This document shows positions 31,241-41,045 of a DNA stretch of 64,000 nt, one piece after another (position 1 is the stretch's first letter; each line of letters begins with the position of its first letter). The stretch covers positions 64,001 to 128,000 of the forward strand of contig JBCCYL010000004.1 in the NCBI GenBank assembly GCA_039189765.1, written 5' to 3'. The translations under genes and the position numbers were made by a program. The stretch is from Cyanobacteria bacterium P01_F01_bin.150. Lineage in GTDB: Bacteria; Cyanobacteriota; Cyanobacteriia; CAKZMO01. The notes below the pieces were generated by a model. That model was not told the origin of the DNA. It did not search any database and saw nothing but the letters and a program-made list of their open reading frames with translations.

Positions 31241-32752
31241 ATGGCATTTATTACTGGCACATCTGGTCGTGATGTATTGAGAGGAACTTCTAGAAACGAT
31301 CGCATTGACGGCTTTGCTGGGGATGATGATCTGAGGGGCCGAGATGGTGATGACATACTACTCGGTGGTCGAGGCGATGATGAATTAGAAGGTGATGATG
31401 GCGACGATCGGCTCTCCGGTGGTTCTGGAGATGATGAATTGTTCGGGGATGATGACGACGACGACTTGAGAGGGGGCGATGGAGATGATGAATTATTTGG
31501 TGGTGACGATGATGATCGTCTGTTTGGGAATGACGACGAAGACCTCCTTTTTGGCGAAGATGGTGATGATGAACTAGATGGTGGTGATGACGACGACGAA
31601 TTATTTGGCGGTAATGGGGACGATGTTTTAGAAGGAGATGACGGGGACGATCAGCTAGACGGCGGCAGGGGCGATGATACCCTACAAGGAGATGATGATG
31701 ACGATGAATTGAATGGGGGCTTGGGGGCCGACACGTTGGAAGGCGGCGATGGCGATGATGAGCTAGACGGCGGTGATGGGGATGATGAGCTAGACGGCGG
31801 TGATGGCAACGATACCTTGGATGGCGGTAATGGGGATGACACGTTAAGCGGTCAAGACAATGAAGATGAACTAGAAGGCGGCAACGGTAACGATGAATTA
31901 GACGGTGGTAATGGCAATGACACCTTAAGTGGAGGCGACGGCAATGACAGCCTCAAAGGTGGCCAGGGCATTGACCAGTTGGAGGGTGGAACAGGAGACG
32001 ATGAGCTCTTAGGTAACAGAGGAAACGATGAATTAGACGGCGGTGATGGCCGTGACACCTTGGAAGGTGGCGATGGCGATGATCTAATAAATGGCGGTCG
32101 GAGCAGCGATCAACTGTTCGGCGACGATGGCAATGATTTGCTATCCGGGGGGAATGGTGACGATACGTTAGAGGGGGGAGAGGGTAACGATCGCCTAGAT
32201 GGTGATAAAGGGAAAGACGTCTTGACCGGTGGAGTTGGCAACGATACGCTACGTGCCGGTAGCAGCAGTGATACTCTAAGCGGCGGCGATGGCAATGATT
32301 CGATGGATGGGGGCAAAGGTAAAGATACTCTCATCGGCGGAAACGGTAGTGACCTGCTAGTAGGCGGTGGACGAGCCGACACTTTAATTGGGGTCGATGA
32401 ATTTGCCTCCAATCCAGGGTTCCGAGAGATTGACACGATGACGGGCGGAACAGGGCGCGATCGCTTTATTTTGGGTGATGGTCTTCAGGTTTACTACGAT
32501 GACGGACGCAATAGCGCAGGTCGCCAGGATTACGCACTAATCAAAGACTTCACTCCCAACCGCGACACCATTCAGCTATCTGGGGTTAGCAGTGATTATC
32601 GGATTAAACCATCTCCCTTCGCCTCTAGCAGTAGGGACACCGCAGATCGGGCCATTTTCTTGAAAGTCAACGGTCAGAAGCGTGAACTGATTGCCGTTCT
32701 TCAAGGCGTTACGTCGTTTGATTTAGAGGCTGACTACGTTGATTTCGTCTAA
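31241..32752 (+). CDS. RTX/hemolysin-type Ca-binding repeat protein
   Basis: Dozens of GGxGDDxLx nonapeptides, SD AGGAG before ATG 31241, and C-terminal DYALIKDF...DTIQL. Confidence 0.92.
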   Translation: MAFITGTSGRDVLRGTSRNDRIDGFAGDDDLRGRDGDDILLGGRGDDELEGDDGDDRLSGGSGDDELFGDDDDDDLRGGDGDDELFGGDDDDRLFGNDDEDLLFGEDGDDELDGGDDDDELFGGNGDDVLEGDDGDDQLDGGRGDDTLQGDDDDDELNGGLGADTLEGGDGDDELDGGDGDDELDGGDGNDTLDGGNGDDTLSGQDNEDELEGGNGNDELDGGNGNDTLSGGDGNDSLKGGQGIDQLEGGTGDDELLGNRGNDELDGGDGRDTLEGGDGDDLINGGRSSDQLFGDDGNDLLSGGNGDDTLEGGEGNDRLDGDKGKDVLTGGVGNDTLRAGSSSDTLSGGDGNDSMDGGKGKDTLIGGNGSDLLVGGGRADTLIGVDEFASNPGFREIDTMTGGTGRDRFILGDGLQVYYDDGRNSAGRQDYALIKDFTPNRDTIQLSGVSSDYRIKPSPFASSSRDTADRAIFLKVNGQKRELIAVLQGVTSFDLEADYVDFV

Positions 32753-32757
32753 GCCAT

Positions 32758-33732
32758 TCAAGCGTCTAGTCCACTATTTTCCGGACAGCCCAGCATGATG
32801 TTCAAGTTTTGGACAGCAGCACCCGATGCCCCTTTGCCCAAATTATCAAGACGAGCCACCAGCAACGCTTCTTGTGTTTGATCATTGGCAAACAAAAATA
32901 TCTGTACCCTATTGGTGCCGTTGGTTTCCATCGGGTCTAAAAATGTGCCGTTTCGCAGCTCACTAGAATTTAGTTGCATGACGTCTACAAACGGTTCGTT
33001 TGCATAGTGAGCCGTTAACGTAGCATGGAGCTGTTCTCCAGTGGGAGAGGCGGCTAATGTCCACAATGGCAAAGGAACTTGGACCAGCATACCCTGCTCA
33101 AAATCTCCCACAGACGGAACAAATAGAGGAGGACTAGCCAACCCGGAATGCTGATGCATCTCCCTAACGTGCTTATGGCCAAACTTGAGTCCATATATAC
33201 CGTAGGGTTGGGTTGAAGTGGCTCCAGGCCGCTGTCCTTGAGCCATTTCATATTGTTCAATAAGCTTTTTTCCGCCCCCAGAATATCCAGACACCGCATT
33301 GATAGTAACAGGCATGGTATCTGGAATAAGCTGTGCAGCAATGAAGGGATAGAGGCAGGCCAAAAAGCCCGTGGGATAGCAACCTGGGTTACTGACAAAC
33401 CGAGCACTGGCGATCGCATCACGCTGGCCAGGCTTAAGTTCTGGAAATCCGTAGACCCATCCCTCTGCGGTCCGATGGGCTGTGCTGGCGTCTAAAATTT
33501 TTACCGTTGGACTAGAAACAAAGCTGACCGCTTCCTTTGCGGCCGCATCCGGTAAACAGAGAATGGCAACGTCTGCTGAATTGATTAATCGCGATCGCGC
33601 TCCAGCATCTTTACGCTGGTCCGGGTCAATGCTCAGCAGCTCCAAATCATCACGCTGACTAAGTCTTGTATAAATTTGAAGTCCCGTAGTCCCCGCTTCC
33701 CCATCAATAAAGACCTTTGGCTTAGTTCCCAT
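32758..33732 (-). CDS. argC: N-acetyl-gamma-glutamyl-phosphate reductase (type 2)
   Basis: IDGEAGTTG, DASTAHR, SNPGCYPTG, SGYSGGG and DNLGKGASGAAVQN motifs. Confidence 0.95.
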   Translation of the reverse strand: MGTKPKVFIDGEAGTTGLQIYTRLSQRDDLELLSIDPDQRKDAGARSRLINSADVAILCLPDAAAKEAVSFVSSPTVKILDASTAHRTAEGWVYGFPELKPGQRDAIASARFVSNPGCYPTGFLACLYPFIAAQLIPDTMPVTINAVSGYSGGGKKLIEQYEMAQGQRPGATSTQPYGIYGLKFGHKHVREMHQHSGLASPPLFVPSVGDFEQGMLVQVPLPLWTLAASPTGEQLHATLTAHYANEPFVDVMQLNSSELRNGTFLDPMETNGTNRVQIFLFANDQTQEALLVARLDNLGKGASGAAVQNLNIMLGCPENSGLDA

Positions 33733-33845
33733 GACGCTCGCCTCTCATATACCCAGCTTCACCATTATTGATCGTTTAGGCTTGTACTTTAAGTTGACAT
33801 CGGGGGGAATCGCTCGCACTAAAGTCTCATTTAATGCTGACCAGG

Positions 33846-34478
33846 CTAGGTTGTTGGCCGATCATCTGGCTCCAGGAAATCATATAAAATCTCGTAAGGT
33901 TCATCATCCTCTGCATCATAAATACTGCCACTAGAAGACGTAGGGGACAATGGCTGCGATGGCTCAGGCTCCAGAAACTCGTATAGGATTTCATCTGGTT
34001 CATCCTCTTCCACGTCATAAATTGAAGGCGTTGAGGATGAGGCTGTGGGCTTGGGTGGGCTTGGGGCTTGAATGGATTTAGCAGAATGTGAATTTGAGGA
34101 CACAGATAGTGTAGAACGAGTCGTCGCTGATGGCGGTGTCACATCGGCAGATATATTTAATGGTGCGTCTCCATCTGCTTGGTTTGCCCTTTGCTGGAGC
34201 AGAGTTTCAACCTGTTGCTGCAATATGTCTAACTTAGCTGTTGATTGCTCCAAGGCATCAATCCGTTCTGCCAAGTTACGAACGTTAGCAGGAGTTGTGC
34301 TCAATGCCGCTTTTACTAACCCTTGTAACCACTCATTCCTTGTCTGGCCGGTACGTGAGAGGATGTCATCAATTTGGGCCAGTTCAGTAGATGTAAGCTG
34401 GCATATGATCTGGCCGTCTGTGGATTTAGTCATCACAAATATTTGTTCTGCTGAAGCTGACAGTAGCTTAGCATCCAA
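33846..34478 (-). CDS. Hypothetical protein (possible RHH-like N-terminus, coiled coil, duplicated acidic motif)
   Basis: SIYDVEEDEPDEILYEFLEP and SIYDAEDDEPYEILYDFLEP repeats. Confidence 0.65.
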   Translation of the reverse strand: MDAKLLSASAEQIFVMTKSTDGQIICQLTSTELAQIDDILSRTGQTRNEWLQGLVKAALSTTPANVRNLAERIDALEQSTAKLDILQQQVETLLQQRANQADGDAPLNISADVTPPSATTRSTLSVSSNSHSAKSIQAPSPPKPTASSSTPSIYDVEEDEPDEILYEFLEPEPSQPLSPTSSSGSIYDAEDDEPYEILYDFLEPDDRPTT

Positions 34479-34723
34479 TTGGAGTTTACTTAGTTTAGGG
34501 TCGCGTTGGGTTGATTTTGCAGGGGAACCCTACACGCACTATTCATCGGTTGGCCGAAAAAATTTTAGCAATAAAAACAATAGCTGATGCAATGATTAGG
34601 GTTTTAAAGAAGTGGTAGTACACCCTAATTCATTAGACCGGAATGTATTGATAGAGAAGAGGGCACACCCCAGAGCTAATGCAAATCGATGAACACTAAA
34701 ATCATTAGGATTAAACTGAGTCT

Positions 34724-35224
34724 CTATTTGGACAACACCTCGTTTAATGTTGCTTGGTCAATCCAGCCTCTGGCAATCAATACATCCCCCAATCTCAGCT
34801 TCATCGCTTTTTGATCGTACAAAGCAACCTGTAATTGGGTGGAATTGATAACCCCAGCCTGGACGAGGCGATCGCCAATTTTAGGTTCGTTCGTTTGAGT
34901 TATTTGGCTAAAATCCCCTTCATCAGAAGTCTTTACTTTTGCAGCCTGCTGCCGAGAAACCTGATTCACGTTTGGGTGCATAACCACCTGTTTTCGCTGC
35001 TTTACCGCCGCCTTATTGGCCGCTAAATTTTTAGGTTCTACACTCTTCGTTGCCTTAGCTTGAATTTGGGATGAGTCTTCACCTTCTTTCTTGCCTTTCT
35101 TAACGCAAGCTTTTCCTCCAGGAAAAATATAGACAACGGTGCCCCCCGTTTCACCAATCTTGGTAACAGGTCCCTTGGTGTAGGTTAGATGTTCTTTATT
35201 GGACTGAATCATAGTCATCATCAA
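34724..35224 (-). CDS. Small protein with C-terminal MshEN-type motif pair
   Basis: KIGDRLVQAGVINSTQLQVALYDQ followed after 5 residues by RLGDVLIARGWIDQATL. Confidence 0.7.
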   Translation of the reverse strand: MMMTMIQSNKEHLTYTKGPVTKIGETGGTVVYIFPGGKACVKKGKKEGEDSSQIQAKATKSVEPKNLAANKAAVKQRKQVVMHPNVNQVSRQQAAKVKTSDEGDFSQITQTNEPKIGDRLVQAGVINSTQLQVALYDQKAMKLRLGDVLIARGWIDQATLNEVLSK

Positions 35225-35489
35225 CTACGTATTTATTAGGATGGATACGAGAAAAATGTACGTTTAGTCACTATGATCCTATCCTAGCGATGTCGACAGA
35301 GTATTGTGTAATGTTCCGATGAAATCCAGCGTCTCTTCTGTTAAAAGCTTCCCGAAAAGGCTCATTGAGCCGAAACGAATTCAACAGTGTTGTGAGGCAC
35401 TCCGCTCCGCACAACACCGTCTTAATATATAAACTCAAGATAAAATGGCAAAAACAAGCCATTGAACTAAGCGAAGTCATGAAGTCACA

Positions 35490-35516
35490 AAAAAAGAGGG
35501 GGCCAGTCTCCCCCTC
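35490..35516 (-). terminator. Intrinsic terminator of cpcG
   Basis: GAGGGGGAGACTGGCCCCCTC followed by a T run on the minus strand. Confidence 0.75.
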
Positions 35517-35565
35517 CAATAACGTTTTCAACTTTTTACAGTAGATTGCCCTACCAAAAAGCTCA

Positions 35566-36339
35566 CTAACGAATCCCTAAATTACGATAAGGAACCTTAG
35601 AGAAACTAAAATCAACGTTCGCAGCAGAGGTCTCAGGTGCACCACCAGGCAATACTCCTAAGCCACGAACCCAATCCATATACAATGCTGGATCTCCCTC
35701 TTTTGAAGACCAAGACTTCGTTGCATCCGCAGCGCTACGGGGCTTGATGTTTGAAATAACCTTTGGAAATCCAAGCTTGCTACGGTAGTAACCATCGTAG
35801 CGAGGAGACCTGATATTAAATGGAATCTCCCCTTCTGCACGACCGGGAAGCACCCGACGACGCTGATAAGGAACGATAGTGTCGCCAAAGTTTTCTAGAT
35901 ACTCATCGCTATCCAAAAGGTCTGAGATAAATCCAGCTCGCCCCTTAGTGGCCACAACAATAGACCAAGCAAGCTTCTCACGTTCGTCGTAGATATCACG
36001 ACCTAGAACGCGCTGAACACATTGTTCAACGAAGCGATAGTTGCTATTGAAGCCATAGAAGGTGCGACTGTAAGTCTCAGACAAAAGCAGTCCACGAATA
36101 AATTCACGAACTGTTATCTGTCCAGAACGCAGTTGAGACTCAAGAAACGGCTCTCGATCCGTCTTGAATGCATGAAAGAAAATTTGGCGATACGCTGCTT
36201 CAATCAAATTATCGATGTCACCATCAGAAAGCAGAGTCTCGGTGTCCCAAATTCTGGGCTGATCGTCTCCCGCGACCTCATAGCCGGGGATACGAGCATT
36301 TTGAGTTGAGTATGAATATTCTAAAAGAGGAATAGCCAC
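35566..36339 (-). CDS. cpcG: Phycobilisome rod-core linker polypeptide
   Basis: [33 protein letters not shown] and a hydrophilic C-terminus ending KVPYR (so not CpcL). Confidence 0.93.
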   Translation of the reverse strand: MAIPLLEYSYSTQNARIPGYEVAGDDQPRIWDTETLLSDGDIDNLIEAAYRQIFFHAFKTDREPFLESQLRSGQITVREFIRGLLLSETYSRTFYGFNSNYRFVEQCVQRVLGRDIYDEREKLAWSIVVATKGRAGFISDLLDSDEYLENFGDTIVPYQRRRVLPGRAEGEIPFNIRSPRYDGYYRSKLGFPKVISNIKPRSAADATKSWSSKEGDPALYMDWVRGLGVLPGGAPETSAANVDFSFSKVPYRNLGIR

Positions 36340-36548
36340 GCCTGCAAAAGCTCCTCATAGAGTTTACGAAACCTTACAAATCATTTCCCATAATAAGAGA
36401 AAGGGGGACCTTCTCCAAAAATGGCTTTCACAACTGTTACACACCTTAACGAATATTTTGCGAAATATATTTTTTATATGCAAGGTATAAAAAGGCGCTC
36501 GTCCGTATGTGTAAGTAAGGTTACTGGCAGTTGGCAAGAACTCACACC

Positions 36549-37208
36549 TTAGTCATCTTTTGAGTCTTCAACGTTTGCTTTTGCTAAGGCGTCTGCCTGG
36601 GCTTTAGCTGTCGATGCTTTTCGTTCACTATAGCGATCGGTGAGAGCATCTACGTCCCTCAGCAATATCGTAAAGCGATAGAGTTCTTCCATCACATCTA
36701 CAACGCGATCGCGATACGTTGATTCTTTCATTGTTCCATCTTCATTGAACTCCTGGTAGGCTTTGGCCACCGATGACTGATTTGGAATCGTGAACATCCG
36801 CATCCATCGCCCCATTAGCCGCATAGTGTTAACTGCATTAAACGACTGGGAACCTCCTGATACCTGCATTAAGGCCAATGTTCGTCCTTGGGTCGGGCGA
36901 ATAGCGCCCATACTTAGAGGAATCCAATCGATCTGGGTTTTCATGAGTCCTGAGATATTGCCGTGGAGTTCTGGGCTAGACCATACTTGTCCCTCAGACC
37001 ACAGGGATAATTGACGTAATTCTTGGACCTTTGGATGGGTATCAGGCTCTGCATAGTGGAGAGGTAAGCCTCTGGGATTGAAAAACTTTACTTCTGCACC
37101 AAAGTCTTCGATGATACGAGCGGCTTCTTCTGCCAATAATCGACTGTAGGAGCGCTCTCGTAAGGAACCATAGAGGAACAGAATTCTGGGTTTATGGTCA
37201 AAGCTCAT
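36549..37208 (-). CDS. arsH: Arsenical resistance protein ArsH (NADPH-dependent FMN reductase)
   Basis: [29 protein letters not shown] and [12 protein letters not shown] motifs. Confidence 0.95.
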   Translation of the reverse strand: MSFDHKPRILFLYGSLRERSYSRLLAEEAARIIEDFGAEVKFFNPRGLPLHYAEPDTHPKVQELRQLSLWSEGQVWSSPELHGNISGLMKTQIDWIPLSMGAIRPTQGRTLALMQVSGGSQSFNAVNTMRLMGRWMRMFTIPNQSSVAKAYQEFNEDGTMKESTYRDRVVDVMEELYRFTILLRDVDALTDRYSERKASTAKAQADALAKANVEDSKDD

Positions 37209-37315
37209 GGATAAACGTGTGGATTTCTAAGAGACTGAGATACAGCGTGCCAGAAAATGATACGGCAAGATGCTAATCAAATCACAGCTTTAATCACCAG
37301 GATTCTTGAATCACT

Positions 37316-38758
37316 CTACTGAGGTGGTTGATGCTGCATTTCTAGAAGTAACACTAGTTTCGTACTCCATTGAGAAAGATCGGCAGGCGATCGCACAATT
37401 TCAATATGGTGAATAAACTCACGGAAATAGAACCGCCGCTCTGATTCAGATAAATCCAGCCAAAACTGTCGAAGAGAGACTGCCTGTACCGTTTCTTGAA
37501 AATTAACTGGAGGCAGTTGGGCCAGGGAGGATTGCAGATCGGCAATTTCGATACGAAGACTATAGGTGCGTAAATCAATAGTATTTTGATCAAGCACTCC
37601 ATTTTTGCCTAAATCTGGTAGCTGCTTGATAATGTCCAGCTTAGATTGAATTTGGGCGTCAACTCGTTGCTTGAGTCCCTTAACGTCAGGCAACGGAGCT
37701 GTCGCCATAATTTGAGGTAATGTGGTGCAAATCTGATCGATGGTTTGGTCAAGAACTTGCTCATAGGAGAGGCCAGGGCAAGATTTATTCTTCGTGTGCT
37801 TTGCTAGAGAACAGACATCGGCATGGCAAGTTGGTCGAAGATACAGATATTCCTGCTTTTTGCCTTGCTTAGGGCGATGTTGGGTCACGCGGGTAATCGT
37901 CATGGGTGATTGACATTGGGCGCATCGGACCAGACCCGCTAGCGATCGCGCCGCACTGGCCGAACGTCTTGGCAGTTGGCTATTGCGGCGCAGTAATCGA
38001 TCCACCTGGGCCGCCTCATCTTCCGTCAATATGGGAGCATGAGTTTGGGTAATCACATCTCCGGTTTTATACGCTAAATGCCCTCTATACGCTGGATTCG
38101 TCAGCCATCGCTTACCAGTGGAAACTGAAATTTTCTTGTTATATTTCTGTGCTAAATAGCGAACACTGCGACGTAGGGAACCGTAAAGTAAAAAGTTATC
38201 AAAAAAATCCTTTACCACTGGCGCGGTACTACGGTCCAAAATATACCGATCTTTACCCCGACGATAGCCGTAGGGTGCTTTGCCAGGAGGGGGTTTAAGC
38301 TTTAAGCGTCGTTTAGCATGACCCCGTTGAAGATTGCGTTGTCGTTGTTCTGTTTGCAGATGATGGAAAAGCTCGAACTGTTCTGATGTTTCGAATTCCC
38401 CATGCCAATCCAGCTTGTCAGCATTATCTAAACGATTCTCCAAGACAACTAGTTCAATCTTTCGCTGTTCCAGTTGCTGGAGGCGATCACCCACCTCTGC
38501 TAACGAATCACCTAAATCTCTCAATCGTTGGATTACGACCTTAACAGGTGTCTTAGGATCCGTTGGGCCAGATATTTCAAGGGATGGATCGAATAATGCA
38601 TCAACGTCCTTAAGCAACTGGTGAAGAGAGGTGCGAGCGCCAAAATCCCGATACACCTTATCCAGAGAAGCTTCCCATTCATGGAACTCACTAGGAAGCT
38701 TATTGTCCACCCCTCTATCCAACAATGGATCGATATATAGATACGCAAAGGCAACCAT
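37316..38758 (-). CDS. Large serine recombinase-like protein (degenerate resolvase domain, recombinase domain, Zn ribbon, coiled coil)
   Basis: GKAPYGY, LTNPAYRG, HAPIL, LAGLVRCAQCQSPM and RRFYFREFIHHIEI motifs. N-terminus reads AYLYIDP instead of YxRxS. Confidence 0.85.
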   Translation of the reverse strand: MVAFAYLYIDPLLDRGVDNKLPSEFHEWEASLDKVYRDFGARTSLHQLLKDVDALFDPSLEISGPTDPKTPVKVVIQRLRDLGDSLAEVGDRLQQLEQRKIELVVLENRLDNADKLDWHGEFETSEQFELFHHLQTEQRQRNLQRGHAKRRLKLKPPPGKAPYGYRRGKDRYILDRSTAPVVKDFFDNFLLYGSLRRSVRYLAQKYNKKISVSTGKRWLTNPAYRGHLAYKTGDVITQTHAPILTEDEAAQVDRLLRRNSQLPRRSASAARSLAGLVRCAQCQSPMTITRVTQHRPKQGKKQEYLYLRPTCHADVCSLAKHTKNKSCPGLSYEQVLDQTIDQICTTLPQIMATAPLPDVKGLKQRVDAQIQSKLDIIKQLPDLGKNGVLDQNTIDLRTYSLRIEIADLQSSLAQLPPVNFQETVQAVSLRQFWLDLSESERRFYFREFIHHIEIVRSPADLSQWSTKLVLLLEMQHQPPQ

Positions 38759-39121
38759 AGATAATGCCTGGCTATAGTTAGTGTCTTCTTTACTATGGAG
38801 TAACTGAAGAAACGACTAACTAGAAGCTGGTAAAGATTTAATGGATTACTCTTTATTTGTCTCATCTGTTTTGCGTCCTTAAAGGTAGATGAGGCGCAGA
38901 CATTGGCACCATCATGCTTGAGATGATGGTGTCTGATATTAAAACTGCCTTCCACCAAAGCTTACGCTAAAGGACATGTGCCAACTTGTCTGTTGACCAG
39001 AACAAATTGCGATCAGCTTGTGTGCGAGTAGTAAATTGTTTCATTCCCCCTGACAGATGACTATACATCAAGGTTCCCGTGGAGCTTAACCGAACCTGGT
39101 GGAACAAAACTGCAAAACCAC

Positions 39122-39149
39122 AAAAAAATCCCTACCCAGAAGGTAGGGA
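39122..39149 (-). terminator. Intrinsic terminator of the DUF4912 gene
   Basis: TCCCTACC-TTCTG-GGTAGGGA followed by T7 on the minus strand. Confidence 0.75.
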
Positions 39150-39220
39150 CAAAATGCTCAAGTTAAACCTGTTGTAAATAGTTGAACGCACTTACATAAT
39201 TAACGTCGTGATAAAGCAAT

Positions 39221-40441
39221 CTATGCAAACCACTCTTCAACAGCTTCCGCTTTTGTATTGGTATTGCGTTCAGGGGTCTCACGCTCAAACGTCATTTGGA
39301 TAGATCGAGTTTGCTCTCCATCAACGGCTACAGCCTTAATGGGGAAGTCAATTACGCCATCCTGGAATGACATCTGGAAGCGGAACGTCCCATCAGGGCT
39401 GAGCTGAATCTCACGACCACCGATCGTTACAGTTGCATCTGGTTCAGTGGCACCGTAGACGATCAGTTCAGCATCCGCCACAAGCCAGAACTTACGAGGC
39501 TTGATAGGAGGCATAGATGCACCAAAGCCGACTCCAGACATCCCTGCCCCAGACATGGTCAAGCCCATGCCCATACCAGATGCAGACCACATGCCCATAC
39601 CAGATGGGAAGACGTAGGAACTGAGAGCTTGCTCAGGAACCTGATGCATAGAACCAAACAAGGAACCCGCTACCCGCAGAGCCTCAGTGGACTCAGCCAT
39701 ACCGAAGACCTGATCATAGATTGGACTGGATGCGGCCGATGCAATCTTCTGGCTGGGAGTGACCAGCTCAAGAACAGTCTTGCCGCGAAGATCGTCATCC
39801 CAAGCCACATCAACAAACTGATCATCAATCCAATCAGATGGATAAACGGGAGGAATACGCACTACGGCAGATCGAGCTAATACTAACCAACGACCGTCAT
39901 TTGCCAAGTAACCGATTTCAACCGCATAGTCGCGATCGCTTACAGGAATAGGTACGTACCACTCACGGGCTAACTCATCACATTCGTATTGCTGCAAGCT
40001 ATGAGGACGTTGAGTATCAAGGTCGATGTCAGTAACGTCGTAGAAGCGGAGAGCTAGACGAGTGCCCCCCTGACTCCGCAAGTCCTCACGATGTTCATTA
40101 GGAATGTCCCAGTATACATAAGCCCACTGGGGGTCACGAGGTAGCAATACGATACGACTCTCACCGTAACCATCAGGTAAATCAGCTAAATCAGCATCAA
40201 CATCTGCCAACGCCTCTACGGATGACACCGTTGAACCCACATCAAACTTGGATGCTTCCACCGCTTCCTGGGCCACAGGAGCCGTTGTGGTACTGCCTGT
40301 CACACCTTGCTGGATCTTACGAATTTCCTCGACCAACTGATCTTTTCTCATACGGCTGTAGCGAGATACGCCGCATTCACTAGCCACCTTGCGTAGCTGT
40401 CGTAGGGTCATTTCATCCAACGGAATACCGCTTGTAGTCAT
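39221..40441 (-). CDS. DUF4912 protein with Rho_N-like N-terminal domain
   Basis: MTLRQLRKVASE...YSRMRKDQL, LPDGYGESRIVLLPRDPQWAYVYW and FWLVADAELIVYGATEP motifs. Confidence 0.9.
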   Translation of the reverse strand: MTTSGIPLDEMTLRQLRKVASECGVSRYSRMRKDQLVEEIRKIQQGVTGSTTTAPVAQEAVEASKFDVGSTVSSVEALADVDADLADLPDGYGESRIVLLPRDPQWAYVYWDIPNEHREDLRSQGGTRLALRFYDVTDIDLDTQRPHSLQQYECDELAREWYVPIPVSDRDYAVEIGYLANDGRWLVLARSAVVRIPPVYPSDWIDDQFVDVAWDDDLRGKTVLELVTPSQKIASAASSPIYDQVFGMAESTEALRVAGSLFGSMHQVPEQALSSYVFPSGMGMWSASGMGMGLTMSGAGMSGVGFGASMPPIKPRKFWLVADAELIVYGATEPDATVTIGGREIQLSPDGTFRFQMSFQDGVIDFPIKAVAVDGEQTRSIQMTFERETPERNTNTKAEAVEEWFA

Positions 40442-40793
40442 TGCACTCCCCTCCTAATCGTTTTACTAAATGGTTGCTCTCTTAAACTGCTTTTATTCGT
40501 AACATCTGCAACCTTGTCCGCAAACCCAATCATCAAAATCACATCAGATGCTGATAAACAATCATGCTTTGGATTGACTTTGGGATCGCAGGGATCGCTG
40601 ACTTGCCCACAGTATTACAAAAGACAAACAACCAATGCAAGGGATGTAATCGTCTGATTCAGAGGCATTTGACGATTTTCATAGGTTTAGGGGATCATTA
40701 GGTCAAGATATCATGACATTACGGTAAATCAGGGATCGGCTTTGGGGATCATTTTTGTCAAGATTCTATGACTTTTCTGTATGGCTGTTTTGA

Positions 40794-40876
40794 GGCCATT
40801 AATATTAGGAGGGTGTCGTAGGAGCTTTATGCCCACGACACCGTTAATCCTCCTGTTTCGACTTAAAACGAAACTC
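40794..40876 (-). mobile_element. MITE family A copy
   Basis: GGTGTCGT...ACGACACC hairpin, TTTCGACTTAAAACGAAACTC end, flanks tgttttga/tgttttgg. Confidence 0.8.
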
Positions 40877-41045
40877 TGTTTTGGAGGGTTCTTGCCAAGC
40901 CTCTATAGTTTTTAGCCGAGGACATGAAAGTTGAAATGGTAGTCTGGCTCATATTCTCCAATGTTTGTTGTAGCCTAAATGCTTCTTGTGGCCCAGTGGT
41001 CAGAGAATACAGGCAGTCGCTTTAAATTAAAAATGGCAGGTCAGA

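Noticed and set aside
31651..32436. Ser/Pro-rich minus-strand ORFs
   Set aside because: Antisense shadows of the RTX GGxGDD repeats.
34072..34587. 171-aa plus-strand ORF
   Set aside because: Antisense to 33846-34478, which has the more protein-like features.
36549..37208. Arsenic-resistance operon or island
   Set aside because: arsH stands alone. No arsR, arsB/acr3 or arsC lies in the window.
37316..38758. Active integrase of a prophage or excision element (XisF-like)
   Set aside because: No catalytic Ser motif, no interrupted host gene and no att repeats or cargo visible.
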